From positions 41,726,001 through 41,790,000 of the forward strand of contig NC_042998.1 in NCBI RefSeq assembly GCF_006345805.1: a stretch of 64,000 nucleotides of DNA, read 5' to 3'. Under the pieces are notes generated by a model. The model had not been told where the DNA came from and ran no database searches. It saw only the letters and a list, made by a program, of their open reading frames with translations. This DNA is from Octopus sinensis (taxonomy: Eukaryota). The first letter of the stretch is position 1. Each line of letters begins with the position of its first letter. The position numbers and the translations under genes are program-made. Below are positions 1 to 12,659 of the stretch, one piece after another.

Positions 1-13
1 ATATATATATATA

Positions 14-146
14 TACGACGGGCTAAGGCTTTGGTCGGCCCGAGACTATAGTAGAAGACACTTGCCCAAGGTGCCACGCAGTGGGACTGAACCCGGACCA
101 TGTGGTTGGTAAATAAGCTACTTACCACACAGCCACTCCTGCACCT
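14..146 (-). mobile_element. SINE family A, 5' part (tRNA-like head)
   Basis: Reverse complement of the recurring head gtggtaag..cttgcttaccaaccacatggttccgggttcagtcccactgcgtggcacc. Confidence 0.85.
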
Positions 147-394
147 ATGTTGTGGATAAAGTTATCTCACATTGCACCATTATCGCTTCACTACCAAGAC
201 CTCTTCCAATACTGATACACCATAAATGAGTAAAAGCTATTATTTGCCAAATTTCCAACTTACTTTTTTTTTTTTAAAAAAAACGAGCCTTTCCGTATGC
301 TGATAGTTTTGCGGCAAACAGTTCATCTCCAAGTTACTCTGTCAACTGAACGGGAATAACTTCCACTAACACGAGGCACTCCACAATAAATTTC

Positions 395-1190
395 GGTACT
401 AGTTAAGAAGAGTGGTGCCGGTGCGCGCATCCGCGCTAGGTAGTCGTGACTAGTCGATCCTACTACTACTTAGGGCGAGTGCGCGTATGCAAATTAATAG
501 ATTAATTTTTTTAAACAAAGTAAATAAATTATTTTTTCTAAACCAACTTACGAGCCACATAGTTCTGGGTTCAGTTCCACTGCGTGACACCTTGGGCAAG
601 TGTCTTCTACTATAGCTTCGGGCCGACCAAAGCCTTCTGAAGACCGTCGTATATATGCATATATAGATGCATGTGTGTCTATGTTTGTCCCCCCCCCACG
701 TCGCTTGACAACCGATGCTGGTGTGTTTACGTCCCCGTAACTTATCGGTTCGGCAAAAGGCACCGATAGAATAAGTACTAGGCTTACAAAGAATAAGTCC
801 TGGGGTCGATTTGCTCGACTAAAGGCGGTGCTCTAGCATGGCCACAGTCAAATGATTGAAACAAGTAAAAGAGTAAACTAAATAAAAAAATTTTCTAAAC
901 AACGTAAATAAATTTGGAGTGCGTACAATGTGATTACTGAAATAAATACGACACCAAAATGCATCCATTTCAAGGTGAATCATTCCGAAAATTTTGTCGA
1001 TCCTATAACAAATGTTCATACAAATTCGGTTGAAAGTTATTAGAAGAACGTAAAACGACGTTTTAAGAGTAATCTATTAATTTGCATACGCGCACTGGCG
1101 CTAGGTAGTCATAGTATCGACTAGTCACGATTAGCCTGCGCGAGTGCGCGCACCGAGACCACTCTTCTTAAATAGTACCATTTCGGTATA
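395..1190. mobile_element. MITE-like element with ~120-bp inverted repeats (about 395-520 and 1065-1185), interrupted by a SINE
   Basis: aagaagagtggt..gtgcgcgc..gactagtcgat..gcgcgtatgcaaattaatagatt is present in both orientations. Confidence 0.7.
548..876 (+). mobile_element. SINE family A, near full length with an internal deletion
   Basis: Head, (TA/TG) spacer and tail ..ggcggtgctctagcatggccacagtcaaatgattgaaacaagtaaaagag. Confidence 0.88.
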
Positions 1191-1199
1191 ATACCTAAA

Positions 1200-2480
1200 T
1201 TTCTTGTCTATAGAAAAAATGGATATTTTTTAATGAAATTTTCTACGAATATGTGTTATATCATGTAGATTCCGAATATATAAAAGTTTGGGGAGAAAGT
1301 GTTTTAGGAAGAGGTGGGGAATTTCGGAAAATTTACCGGAGTTCACTTCAATTCGTCTTAACTTTCAAGAAAATGGATATTTTTAAATGAAATTCTCTAC
1401 AAACATACCCGTTCAAGTACAAAATTTGACATAACAGTATATATTAGTTATAAACTGACTTTTAAGAAAAAGATTGTGAAACGGTCTTCTTTATAATTAG
1501 CAGACGATATTGTCGGGCCTCTTGTATCATTATCTGACTGGTAAAAGTAAGTTACCGCCCCTTTTATCGTCTGGCATGTTTGTTTATTTTCTCGAGCGCC
1601 CGTTTTCCGTATTTTATTTTTTAGTAAAAAATATTAAAAAAATAGATGTATCTTCCTAAATTTCCCATTTTCGTAACTTTTTTGACAAGTATGCGTCATT
1701 TTCTTGGAGAGGTGCGCTTCTAAAGAAGCGCCAATAATTCTCCGTCATACGTCTACTAAAAACTTAAACATACTTCCAAAATGGGATTTCATCCATATTT
1801 ATCCACGTGCGTCTATGTGTAGGTATGTGTGTGTGTGTGTGCTGGGTGGCGATGGGTGTGTGGATCAAATTTGGAGTTTTTCACATAAAATTTGAAAGTA
1901 ACTAATTTTTTGTTTGACAAATTGTTAATCTCCGTATTTTTCCACGTAGACTGAAAAAAAGTTAAAAATTTAAAAAATTGGTGGGTGGGAATTTAAAATT
2001 TTAATTTTTAATTTTGCATATTCGGAATCTCCATCATCGAAACCTTGGAATCCGCTGAGGAAAAAAAAAAAAGAATTCCGCAAGCTCGTTTTTGTGTGTA
2101 TGTGTGTGGTGGGGGTGACTCGTCCAGCTCTACCCATTTGACTTCATTGCCTGTATGTTGTTTCAGTAGAAATCTACGGATGCACAAACGCACAAAAAGC
2201 GGAGAAAATAAACAAATGTGGACTTGTCCTGAAATAACCCCCAATTGTTTTCCCCCCAACATTCCTATGTCCTCGGAATTTGTAGAGAATTTCATTAAAA
2301 AAAATGTTCATTTTCTTGAAAGTTAAGACGAATTGAAGTGAACTCCGGTGAATTTTCCAAAATACCCCACTCCACCCCCTTCGTAAAACACTTTTCCCCA
2401 AATTTTGTATATTCGGAATCTATATGATATAACACATATTCGTAGAAAATTTCATGAAAAAATATCCTTTTTTTTCTTAA
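1200..2480. mobile_element. Inverted pair of non-autonomous DNA-transposon segments (about 1200-1404 and 2279-2480)
   Basis: About 200 bp are reverse-complementary (gagttcacttcaattcgtcttaactttcaagaaaatg / ttttcttgaaagttaagacgaattgaagtgaactcc). Confidence 0.65.
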
Positions 2481-3099
2481 AGTTATAATCATCCAAAGTG
2501 GAGTGGGGGCAGAAATCTGTAGTTATGCCATCGTCTTTACATCATCCATGCTAGTTATTCGTATAATATCAATATGTCTAATAATGATTTGTGGGCATAG
2601 CTTCGTTGTGGCAGTAAAGTGTTTACCTAATCCTGTAGTATATTTAATCACGAAACAGCTATATTTACAAATTTTTTGGGGGAATAAACCGAAAGTAATA
2701 ACGATTGAAAAGGAAGTATTATTTTGTTAAGCCTGTCAACTGCGTTTAGGGTTCACTTCCTGCTGGTGTTAATAGTTCCTTCTATCTTTGGATCAATAAA
2801 ATAAGTAGGTCTCCGATATGTGCGGATAATGAAGCGATCGTTTGTCTAATCAATATTCTCTCTGTTCTGGATCCAGTCATTTTGCCTCGTGCTGATGACA
2901 AAATACCAGATAGTATGATTTTGTCCTTATTGGTTGATTCTTTTGCCCCGTGTCATATCCTAAATTTTGTTCTTGCGGGTTCTGTCACTTGTTCGGCAAA
3001 GCAAATAAACATCTCTAAATATTCATTGTTACCTACTCATATCTCATATTTTTCAATTAATTGCGCTTAGTGTTTGCAACTTCTTTAACAATCGTTTTT

Positions 3100-3309
3100 A
3101 TCTGATTTTAGTCCATAACTCTTTTAAGACAGTTGGGTAACTGTCAGACGATACATAGCCATTATACGAAGTAATTTTGCAAGTTACCTCGCTTGTCTTA
3201 ATTTTCTTTCATATTTGTGCGAATCACATCAATTTCATTGAAGCTGCTAGTATTTAAAGTCGATGTGTTCGGGCGTTTTTGTAAAAACAACCAGACAAAA
3301 CAAGGAATC
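3100..3309 (+). promoter_or_regulatory. CpG-enriched unique block, putative promoter/5' UTR of DNTTIP2
   Basis: Many CpGs in a largely CpG-poor window, non-repetitive, directly upstream of the candidate ATG. Confidence 0.35.
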
Positions 3310-3317
3310 ATGAAATT
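3310..3317 (+). CDS. DNTTIP2: Candidate first coding micro-exon (ATG AAA TT) of the DNTTIP2/Fcf2 gene
   Basis: ATG in a CpG-rich unique block, followed by GTAAAA. The phase-2 end (TT) joins the single leading G of the 6083 exon to give M-K-L-L-S-I-G. Donor is weak and there is no homology support. Confidence 0.35.
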
Positions 3318-5544
3318 GTAAAAGTAGCAAAGTTTAACAGCAATATGTTTTGATGAGAAATAATTGTGGAGAGTCAAATCCTTTGTTTTATTTGGAAATA
3401 ATGTTTAATTTCAATATTTGAAGCAAGCCCAAATGCAGAGGTTCTGTATTTATTGCAAATCACTGGCTCTTAGCCTTCAACTAAAGTATACTAGTATACT
3501 ATAATGCACCTAAACTGGAAGTGGTAATAATGATTTCATAGTATTTACTATTGCTTTAATGATTTAGTCTTTCTTGTGTATTTCAGTTCTTTGTTGAATG
3601 ACCAAGAAATTTGAGTGGTGAAGCTGTGATTTCCTCATTAACAACCTTGTAGAGACTGGACTTCTCCCACTTGTTGAGCTTGTCAGTGTGACAATCATTA
3701 ATGGAGCATCAGCAGCACACCTAACGCTCCACGAGGCTCCAGCAGGGGGTGGTGGCGACCCTTGTTGTACTCTTTCGCTCAAACTTTCTTACTGTTTCTT
3801 GTCCCCGACTTCCTACGCAACCGCTGACCTGGATGTGCATTCATCCATCCATCGATTCTCTCGGTGTCGGGGGTTGACCTGCTTTCTCTTCTGCGGGTCT
3901 TACGAATAGCAAAGGATCACATTTCGGACTTCTCCCATCTTGCGAACTCTGGGACGAAGACCATTTGTTCAACAGCAGCAACAGCATCAGCAGCAGACCA
4001 AACGCTTGCTTGGGTCACATTGTTCAACAATGCAGCACTCGATCACCAACATAACTCTCTTCAGTATAACTAGGGTTTGATCAAATTTCTGTGGAACTTT
4101 GTCTTCTACATGGGGCTATATAATCTATCTTTGCAATCATATTGGTATTAGATATGAGCATAGTGTTGATTTTCATCAATTAATTTAACATTATTGACTT
4201 GTTTTTATTGTTAGGATTAAATTGTCTTTTGGCATATTTAAGCAGATTTGAACTTAGTGTGCAGAGAACAGGAAGAATACTGTCTCAGCCCTTTGTCATC
4301 TTTTGTTTAGAGTACTAACTAAACAAACTTTGTAATTTAATGGCATTCCTAGATATCAAGTAGTCATAGTGAGATTGCTGAGAATTATTTTTTTGCTGCC
4401 TTTCATGCACATTGTTGGGTGTGCAGTGTAAGTGTGCATGAATGGCACAGTAGAAATGTGCCGAGAGAGTAACTGAGCATGTAAGAAAGAAGAGTGCACT
4501 AATATGGACATATGATCCATATGCATGAGGATTGGTGTATAAAGAAATGGTGATCACTTACTGTAATGGAACTTGTGAGAGAGGGAGACATTGGATGAAA
4601 TGAAGGCTGATCTCAGGACTTGAATGTTCTCAAAAAGACCTGCTCACCTCAGCAAAAACGAGTTCTGGAAGTGCTGTGTGTGTGTGTGTGGTTGTGTATA
4701 CACACACAACTGGATCTGTTGCCCAATTTCCTTGTCATGGCATCGCCACCACCCATCACCTATCTGTAGCTCTTCCTAGGTACCATTTATTTTTCTTTTT
4801 ACCCAGAACCACTTCACTTGTTATCCATCGTTCATTCATTAATACTGTTCTTTCAATCTACACTTTATGTTGATCGCACACAGTTCCCAACAAAGCCACC
4901 AAATTATCTCTCTTTACTACCATACATCTCCCACTCTCCTCATGCACTAAACCTGCCTCTCTCTTCTTCCCCACCCTACTCCTACAACCTACTTACACAT
5001 GTCATCTCACATCCATCTCTTGTCTAGTGTATCATCATTACTATTCTGTTGCTCTCCCCACTCTTTCAAAATTAATTGAAACAGAGGCAATGTATTTCAA
5101 CAGAATTGTGGTAACAAAAGGGTTAATAAAGCCAATTAATTGTCACCATCTGTACAGTAAGTGTTATACAAGTTTCAGAAATTGTGACATTAAATGTGAA
5201 AAAGAAATACCGTCATTATCTTTGATGAGAGATATTTTTAATAGTCTGAAAAGTATATTTTCTCCTCATAATTAATGTAATGCTTGTAATCTCTGAACAA
5301 TGAACAAAACAAATATACTTATCACCAATGAATATACTTATAATGATTCATTATGATTGTTTTTTGTATGTGTTTTTCCACCGCCACTGTTTGATAATTG
5401 GTATTAGTTTGTTTATGTCCATGTAACTTAGCAAGAAAATTACTAGTGTTGATTTGTTTGGTTAAACCCTTCAGGACAGTGTCCCAGCATGGCTACAGTC
5501 ACATGACTGAAACAAGTAAAATGATAAAAAAACATAGCATTCTA

Positions 5545-5765
5545 ATATTGGTTTCAAATTTTGGCACAATGCCAGCAATTCCAGGGAAGGGGATAGGTTG
5601 ATTACATCGACCCCCCAATACTCAACTAGTACTTATTTTATCAACCCTGAAAGGATGAAAGGCAAAAATGGCCCCGGCAGAATTTGAACTTAGAACATAA
5701 AGATGGATGAAATACTGCTCAGCATTTTGCCTGGCATGCTAACAGTTCTGCCAGCTTGCTGCCCT
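5545..5765 (-). mobile_element. SINE family B
   Basis: Reverse copy of ctggcagaa..ttagc..ctgagttcaaattc..gcctttcatccttt..gataaaataagtac.. Confidence 0.8.
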
Positions 5766-6082
5766 AGATAGTATTCTGATATATTTTAAAAATAAATCTG
5801 TTTCCAAATGATTGTTAAATTTTAAAATATTCTTGGAACATTTTATTTAAAATTTTTTCTTGACACTTAAGGACATATAAATCTTAAATTTACCTATTTC
5901 TTGCTAAGTAAAATATTTATGTTCTTTGCAGCCTGTTATATTCAACATTATTTTTTTGTTTATATACTCTCAGTTCAAATTTTCTTGGTAGAATATTGAA
6001 AGAAATAAAATGCCTGTCGTTTTGTTTGTAAATTTTAGCAAATGATTCTATTAAAATCTGGATGATGTTTTATTTTTTATAG

Positions 6083-6191
6083 GTTGTCTATAGGATTGGT
6101 CAGTTCTATTGATCCTCATCTTAACTTTAGCTCTTATTTAGACTCCTCAAAAGATTATGTTACAGCAAATAAACTTGTAGATGTTAATCAG
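6083..6191 (+). CDS. DNTTIP2: DNTTIP2/Fcf2 exon (LSIGLVSSIDPHLNFSSYLDSSKDYVTANKLVDVNQ)
   Basis: Acceptor ttttttatAG and donor CAG|GTAAGT. SSIDP matches the SSIDPG motif upstream of the Fcf2 domain in DNTTIP2. Phase 0 end fits the next exon. Confidence 0.8.
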
Positions 6192-7914
6192 GTAAGTAAT
6201 TTTGCTGTGCTAATATTGACATTTTATAATCATTCGTCAACAATGATCTTTATTTTGTTATTTTCATGAATTATATATATACAAGGGAGATATATGCTTA
6301 TAATGTTTATGTGTGTGTGTAGAAAGACATCAAGCAACCTACCCATAAATATTTCCCCTTTTCTGCCAGGGACAAAATTTCAGGGCCACCACTATCAGTA
6401 CTGGCACACTGCGAGATATGTCAAGAGATTGTAGAGATGCTGGGGCATTGATGACTAGATTTGTGCTGGTTGAAGGGTGGTGTAGGCATATTGCTGGTAG
6501 AGAAGTGGATAGGTAAGTCATTGTGATAGAAAATGTGACAGACTGATGAAACTTTGTTTAGTCATGGGCAGTATGACAGTAACAGTGATCTCTGCTTGTG
6601 CACCATGTGCATTGATAGATGAACAAATGGACTATTTCTATGAGGCCATCTTACTGACTGCCGCTTCATCATCATTGTCATTGTTGTCAATTTACATCTG
6701 TTTCCATACTAGCATGGGTAAGACATTTTGACAGGATCCAACAGGTTCCAAGGCTGTGTCTTGCTCCAGTATCACAATTTTGGCTGGCTGTCCTTCCTAA
6801 TGCCATCCCTTTACAGGGTGCTTTATAGAGTTTTAACACTTTGTACAGTGCTTTTTTTCGTTTTGTAGTACCAGTACTAATGATGTTGCTTTGCAACTTG
6901 CAATACTGTAGAGACCCCTTTGCTGAGAGGAAAGATAAAAGATAGGATGGATGCTTTAAGCAGGTTGTTAAGAGGTTAAAATATAGTAGGGGAGCAGGAA
7001 CAGATTGACTGTTTCTAAACTTACTTCTACTCCCTTTGGCTCATTATTTTGGCTAGAGTAATTAATGAACATACTGGGCAAGACCATGACTAATGCGGTG
7101 TACATGGAGACTATAAATACATACTCCAACCCTCGTCTGCTAGTATAAAACCCTCACTACCTTCAGCTTTCACAGTTTTGTGAGCTGCATGATGATTTTA
7201 TTAGTGTCAGTGGTATGAAAAAGGCACCCATTACAAACTGTTAAGTGTTTGGCATTAGGAAGGGCATTCAGTCAATGGAGCATGATTCAGTCCTTTGACC
7301 CATCGGATACTGTCAAACCATCCAATCCATGCCACACGGAACATGACCATTAAATGATGATGATACGTGCGTGTATAGTCATCTACTAACAAATTACTGG
7401 GTATTTGAGTTGAAACTAGACATGTTGATTAAGGAAAACTTCAAAGTGTTCAACTCATTTTTGATCAAATTGGACAAAGAATTTTTAACTCCCTGGAGAC
7501 TAACAGGTTAATGTCAGAATATATTTAATGCATGCAATTATATTTTTCATCATTTGAATATATAATTACAATAATAATTAGATCTGCACTAAATTTCTAT
7601 CAGTTTTTCATTGTTTCTTATTCATAGCTGGTTTAAAAATGCAGACTATCCAGGAATAAGACACCTTATAATTGGTCAGAGATCAAACCATTGCAAACAA
7701 CATAGTATAGATATTAATATTGACTATATACAACCTAAAGATATCTAGAAAATACATAATCTCATCTCAAACTAATATAGATATACCTTGATTTAATTAA
7801 TTTAAACTTTTGTAAGTTTTTATTACAAATATATTATATATATTTGTGAAGGTGCTTGGCTTAGTGGTTAGGGTATTCAGCTCATGATCGTAAGGTCATG
7901 AGTTCAATTCCTGC

Positions 7915-8990
7915 TGACAAGTAGTGAGGAATTCAGGGTAGAAGTAGGGGTTCACCAAGGATTGGTGCTTAGCTCCCTTTTGTTCATCATAGTCCTCCAG
8001 GTAATAACAGGAATTCAAGACAGGCTACCCCTAGGAACTCCTCTATGTTGATGATCTTGCTCTCTTATAGCTGAATCACTACCTGAACTTGAGAAGTTCC
8101 AGGTATGGAAGCAAGGTCTAGAGTCAAAGGGCCTTAGAGTTAACCTAGCGAAAACAAAAGTCATAGTAAGTAAGAAGGAGATAAATCACAGATCTCTTCA
8201 GGTAGATACCCCTGCTCAATCTGTAGAAAAGGTGTAGGTAGAAACTCCATGAGATGCACTCAGTATAAGCTTTGGACAAACAAAAGGGACAGCAACACCA
8301 GAGAAGGGTTAACAGGGAAACTAACTTTTGTATGTGGAAGGTGCACAGGTACAATAAATACTGAAAATGCACAGAAAATAGACTCCATCATCTGCCAGGG
8401 GACAAGCTAGAGGTAGTAGGTAGCTTCTGTTATCTAGATGACCAAGTTAGTAGTGGAGGTGGATGCTCCAAGAGCATAGCTGTTAGAATAAGATTAGGCT
8501 GGGCAAAGTTCAGAAAGCTCCTACCCCTGCTGGCAACAAAGGGCCTCTGTCAGAGTGAAAGGCATATTGTTTGATGCCTGTGAAACATGGGCTATGACAG
8601 CTGAGGACATGTGTAAGCTTGAAAGAAATGAAGCCAGTATGCTTCGCTGGATGTGCAATGTCTGTGTTTGACAGAGTGTAAGCATCTTGAGAGAAAAGAT
8701 AAGCATAAGAGGAATCAGATGTGGTGTGTAAGAGAGATAGTTGTGCTAGTATGGTCATTTGATGCATATGGATGAGGACAGCTGTGTAAAGCAGTGCTGA
8801 TCCCTAACTGTGGAGGGAACCTGTGGTAGAGGTAGATCAGGAAGACATGGGACAAGGTGGTAAAGCATGATCTTCAAACTTTGAGCCTCACAGAGGCAAT
8901 GACTGGTGACCAAGACCTTTGGCAATGTGCTGTGCTTGAGAGGACCTGTCAAGCCAAGTGCACCCGTGCTGGTGTCATGTAAAGTACATA
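7915..8990 (+). mobile_element. Decayed RTE-clade LINE, 3' part of ORF2 (RT, YADDL-like motif) into 3' UTR
   Basis: GVHQG..LS, LYVDDL, LGDQVSSGGG, IRLGWAKFR and LRWMCN motifs broken by stops and frameshifts. Confidence 0.88.
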
Positions 8991-9001
8991 TTTTGAACGT
9001 T

Positions 9002-9365
9002 GTAGGTAGCTTCTGTTATCTAGATGACCAAGTTAGTAGTGGAGGTGGATGCTCCAAGAGCATAGCTGTTAGAATAAGATTAGGCTGGGCAAAGTTCAGA
9101 AAGCTCCTACCCCTGCTGGCAACAAAGGGCCTCTGTCAGAGTGAAAGGCATATTGTTTGATGCCTGTGAAACATGGGCTATGACAGCTGAGGACATGTGT
9201 AAGCTTGAAAGAAATGAAGCCAGTATGCTTCGCTGGATGTGCAATGTCTGTGTTTGACAGAGTGTAAGCATCTTGAGAGAAAAGATAAGCATAAGAGGAA
9301 TCAGATGTGGTGTGTAAGAGAGATAGTTGTGCTAGTATGGTCATTTGATGCATATGGATGAGGAC
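9002..9365 (+). repeat. 364-bp direct duplicate of 8416-8779 (RTE-derived)
   Basis: Sequences look identical by eye at offset 586. ORF-track peptides 8510..8767 and 9096..9353 are identical. Confidence 0.9.
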
Positions 9366-9942
9366 GTGGCTGAGTTCTTTTCAAGCATTGGGCCTCGGGC
9401 CTCACAGAAGCAAAGAAGTTGAGTTCCTTTTGAATGTTGGGCCTCATGGAGGCAAAGTGGCTGCTCTATTGATCGGATCAGCTAGAACCTTTGTTGTTGT
9501 AACTGATGGGATCATCATCATCATTTCACGTCCGCTTTCCATGCTAGCATGGGTTGGACAATTTGACTGAGGTTTGGCGAACCAGATGGCTGCACCAATC
9601 TGATCTGGCAGAGTTTCTAAGGCTGGATGCCCTTCCTAATGCCAACCACTCTGAGAGTGTAGTGGATGCTTTTATGTACCACCGGGATGTTAGTTATATA
9701 TATTTAGAATGATTTTTTTTTACCTTTACATGAAATTTTATTGTTTCTGTGTGTATAATCTCTAATTTTTTTGTATTTTGTTTCTTAAATTGCTTTGCTA
9801 AGAAATACATTTTATGTTTGATACATTCAGCAAAATAGTTTCTACATATTTAAATAATTCAGTCCCAAATGCTGTGTTGTATCCTTTTAATGATTTTAAT
9901 GATTTCAATCTATAAAGACACTCACTTGTAATATTGTTTCAG

Positions 9943-10020
9943 ATTCTCAAGTCAACAGCACCACCACCTGATCCAGCAAAAGAACTCATTAGCAAAAGAA
10001 AACAAAAACTACTGAAGAAG
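9943..10020 (+). CDS. DNTTIP2: DNTTIP2/Fcf2 exon (ILKSTAPPPDPAKELISKRKQKLLKK)
   Basis: tttcAG acceptor, GTAAAT donor, 78 nt, phase 0/0. Basic segment in the position expected before the Fcf2 core. Confidence 0.8.
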
Positions 10021-10530
10021 GTAAATGAAATCCCCTTGTATTTTATTAATCTATTATTATTCTGTATTTTATGAATTACAATGTTGATTTTATATAGCTG
10101 AAAGAAAAATACCTATTCCACTTCACATAGAGAAGGATAATAATTTCTGACTGTAAAAAACATGTTATGAGAACACAGATATTCTGTACATCTGTTTTAT
10201 TTATTTTCCCCTTGATTATCATTTAAACCAATACTCATTCCTTACCCCTGCCTTGTTCTCTCTTTTGTTAACCTTCTTGTGTAATGTAAAAAAATTCTGA
10301 TGATAATTTGAACAGACATCTTATATATTTTTAAACACCATGAAATGATTAGTTCGCCACAAAGCCTGAGTATGAACATATCTACATTAACATATATAAT
10401 TAAAGATTTGCTGGTCCAGTGTTTTGACACAACATTCACAGAATGAATATACAAAGACTTGACAGATAAATTACAATTTATCAGTTCTAGTTACCACTTA
10501 TTTCTCTGAGGATAGAGTTTTTATTCTTTT

Positions 10531-10876
10531 ATTCTTTTACTTGTTTCAATCATTTGACTGTGGCTATGCTGGAGCACCACCTCTAGTCGAGCAAATCGAC
10601 TCCAGGACTTATTTTTTGTAAACCTAGTACTTATTCTATCGGTCTGTTTTGCTGAACCGCTAAGTTACAGGGGACGTAAACACACCAGCGATGTTGGGGG
10701 TCAAACACAGACACACACACGTGCACACGGGCACACACACATATACGACAGGCTTCTTTCAGTTTCTATCTACCAAATCCACTCACAAGGCTTTGGTCAG
10801 CCCGAGGCTTATAGGTGCCACGCAATGGGACTGAAACCATGTGGTTGGTAAGCCAGCTACTTACCACACAGCCACT
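10531..10876 (-). mobile_element. SINE family A
   Basis: Full head-to-tail reverse copy inside the 10021-10957 intron. Confidence 0.85.
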
Positions 10877-10957
10877 TTTGTGCCTATATGTAAAAATATT
10901 TTAAATTTTTATTTATTTAGTTATTGCAATATATATTTTGTTTATTTGCATTTTCAG

Positions 10958-11122
10958 AAACAAAGGAGTAAAGTAGCTGGAGATAACTGGTTTAACATGG
11001 GAAAACCAGAAATGACGCGAACAATAAAGAATGAATTGGCTCTAATTCAGATGCGAAACTCTCTCGATCCAAAACGGTTTTATAAAAGTAATGACAGAAA
11101 GAGATTTCCCAAGTACTTCCAG
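10958..11122 (+). CDS. DNTTIP2: DNTTIP2/Fcf2 core exon (KQRSKVAGDNWFNMGKPEMT...MRNSLDPKRFYKSNDRKRFPKYFQ)
   Basis: Unmistakable Fcf2 motifs (GxxWF, MRxxxDPKRFYK, FPKYFQ). ttttcAG acceptor, CAG|GT donor, 165 nt. Confidence 0.95.
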
Positions 11123-11760
11123 GTCTGTATATTGATTAATATTACAATTCCACAATAGATGTAGAACATGGTTCTTAGAATCCCTAGAGATTTATGTAAT
11201 ATAAATGGCAATATAGTGGTCAAGAGACTTGCAAAAAAGGGTTATGACAGGACTTGAACTGTTTCCTCAAAATGGAGTAATTTTTTCAACCATTTCTCAT
11301 TGGTATTTATCATATGGATAAAATTCTCTATTCAATGATGACGACAACACCACTACCACCACCAACAACATTGTTATCCTCATTGTTGTCTTCTTCATCT
11401 TGGACTTCTCTGTATGGCTTGGAAAGCCATAATAAACAAAGGGAACAAAGAACTGAACTCTGAACTCCAACCTGCCTACTAAATTCCTTATAAAGATTGT
11501 TGCTGATCTCATTCTGACAACACCCTTATGGCTTGTGTGGTTCTTGCAAGCCATTCATCTACAGCAAGTTTCCTTAGTGACCACCTAACTACAGAGTGTA
11601 GAACCCTGTCAAAGGAGTTCTCCATCTCAACTGATGCTAGTATAGTGAATTGCTCTGAGGGAAGAACTGTAGTTATCTTACTAGGAAGAGGGTATCGGTG
11701 TCCCCCTAACCTGTTGTAAACTTGAACAACATCTAGCCTAAGCTGTGTTATTTTTTCTTT

Positions 11761-12659
11761 TATTGAGTTATCCCATAAATACTGCAGTTTTTTTCAATTT
11801 CATGAACTAAAAGTTGGAGGGGGAGGGGATAAACTGCCTGCATCAACTTGTTATAAAAGCAGGTAGTAATTTTACCTTGTACTTGTTCTTGGTGCAAGTT
11901 TTGAAGAGTGCAGTTCAATTGTAACAGTTATTCTTTCAAACCTATAATGGAAGTGGCAAAGGAGCATATTCAACATGTTTTGCTTTATGAGTTCAATAAA
12001 GGCAACTATGCAATGGAAAGTGTAAGGAATATTAATGCAGTATATGGGGATCGGACAATGTCAACAGTGATTCTAAAAATTCCAAGCCGCAAACTACAGC
12101 CTTGTCCTGGAACATCTGTAGAGCTCAACAAGGATGTCCTGTAAACCCTGGTGGAACAAAATCACATCATAACCTTTGAGGAACTAGCAGAGAAGCTTAG
12201 ATTTGGTCATTCAACCATTCATCAACACCTGCATGCCATTGGAAAATGACCATCTTTGGTTTTAAAACGAAAGGTGTTCTTCCATCAGGATAATGCTCAG
12301 CCACATGCAGCAAGGATGACAATCCAAAGGGAGCAGTTTGAATAGGAAATGATGCCCCACCCACCATATTCGCCAGACAGTGCCCCATCTGATTTCATTT
12401 ATTCCACAGTCTTCAAAATCATTTGGCTGGAAAGAATATGAATTCTGTAGATGAGGTCAAAACAGTGCTAGAGAAGTATTTTTCATTACAGACAAGTGAA
12501 TTTTGGAAGAGGGGCCTAGCAAGTGTAGCAGATAGATGGAAGAGCATTGTAGAAAATAAAGGAGAATATATTTTAGATTAGAAAAGAACTTTGTTTATCT
12601 TAATTTTGAAAAATAAAAAAAGTATTAAAAAATCACATTATTTATGGGATGACCCAATA
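11761..12659 (+). mobile_element. Internally deleted mariner (Tc1/mariner D34D) transposon with both TIRs
   Basis: TIRs TATTGAGTTATCCCATAAAT / ATTTATGGGATGACCCAATA. Transposase remnants HVLLYEFNKG, FHQDNAQPH, HPPYSPDSAPSD. First catalytic D region missing. Confidence 0.92.

Noticed and set aside
14-660. Similar internal deletion in two neighbouring SINE A copies
   Set aside because: Breakpoints differ and are explained by AAGCC microhomology; not a shared subfamily feature.
3564-4080. GC-richer block with several short ORFs in the first intron region
   Set aside because: No recognisable domain or consistent frame; probably an old LINE 5' fragment, but I could not assign it.
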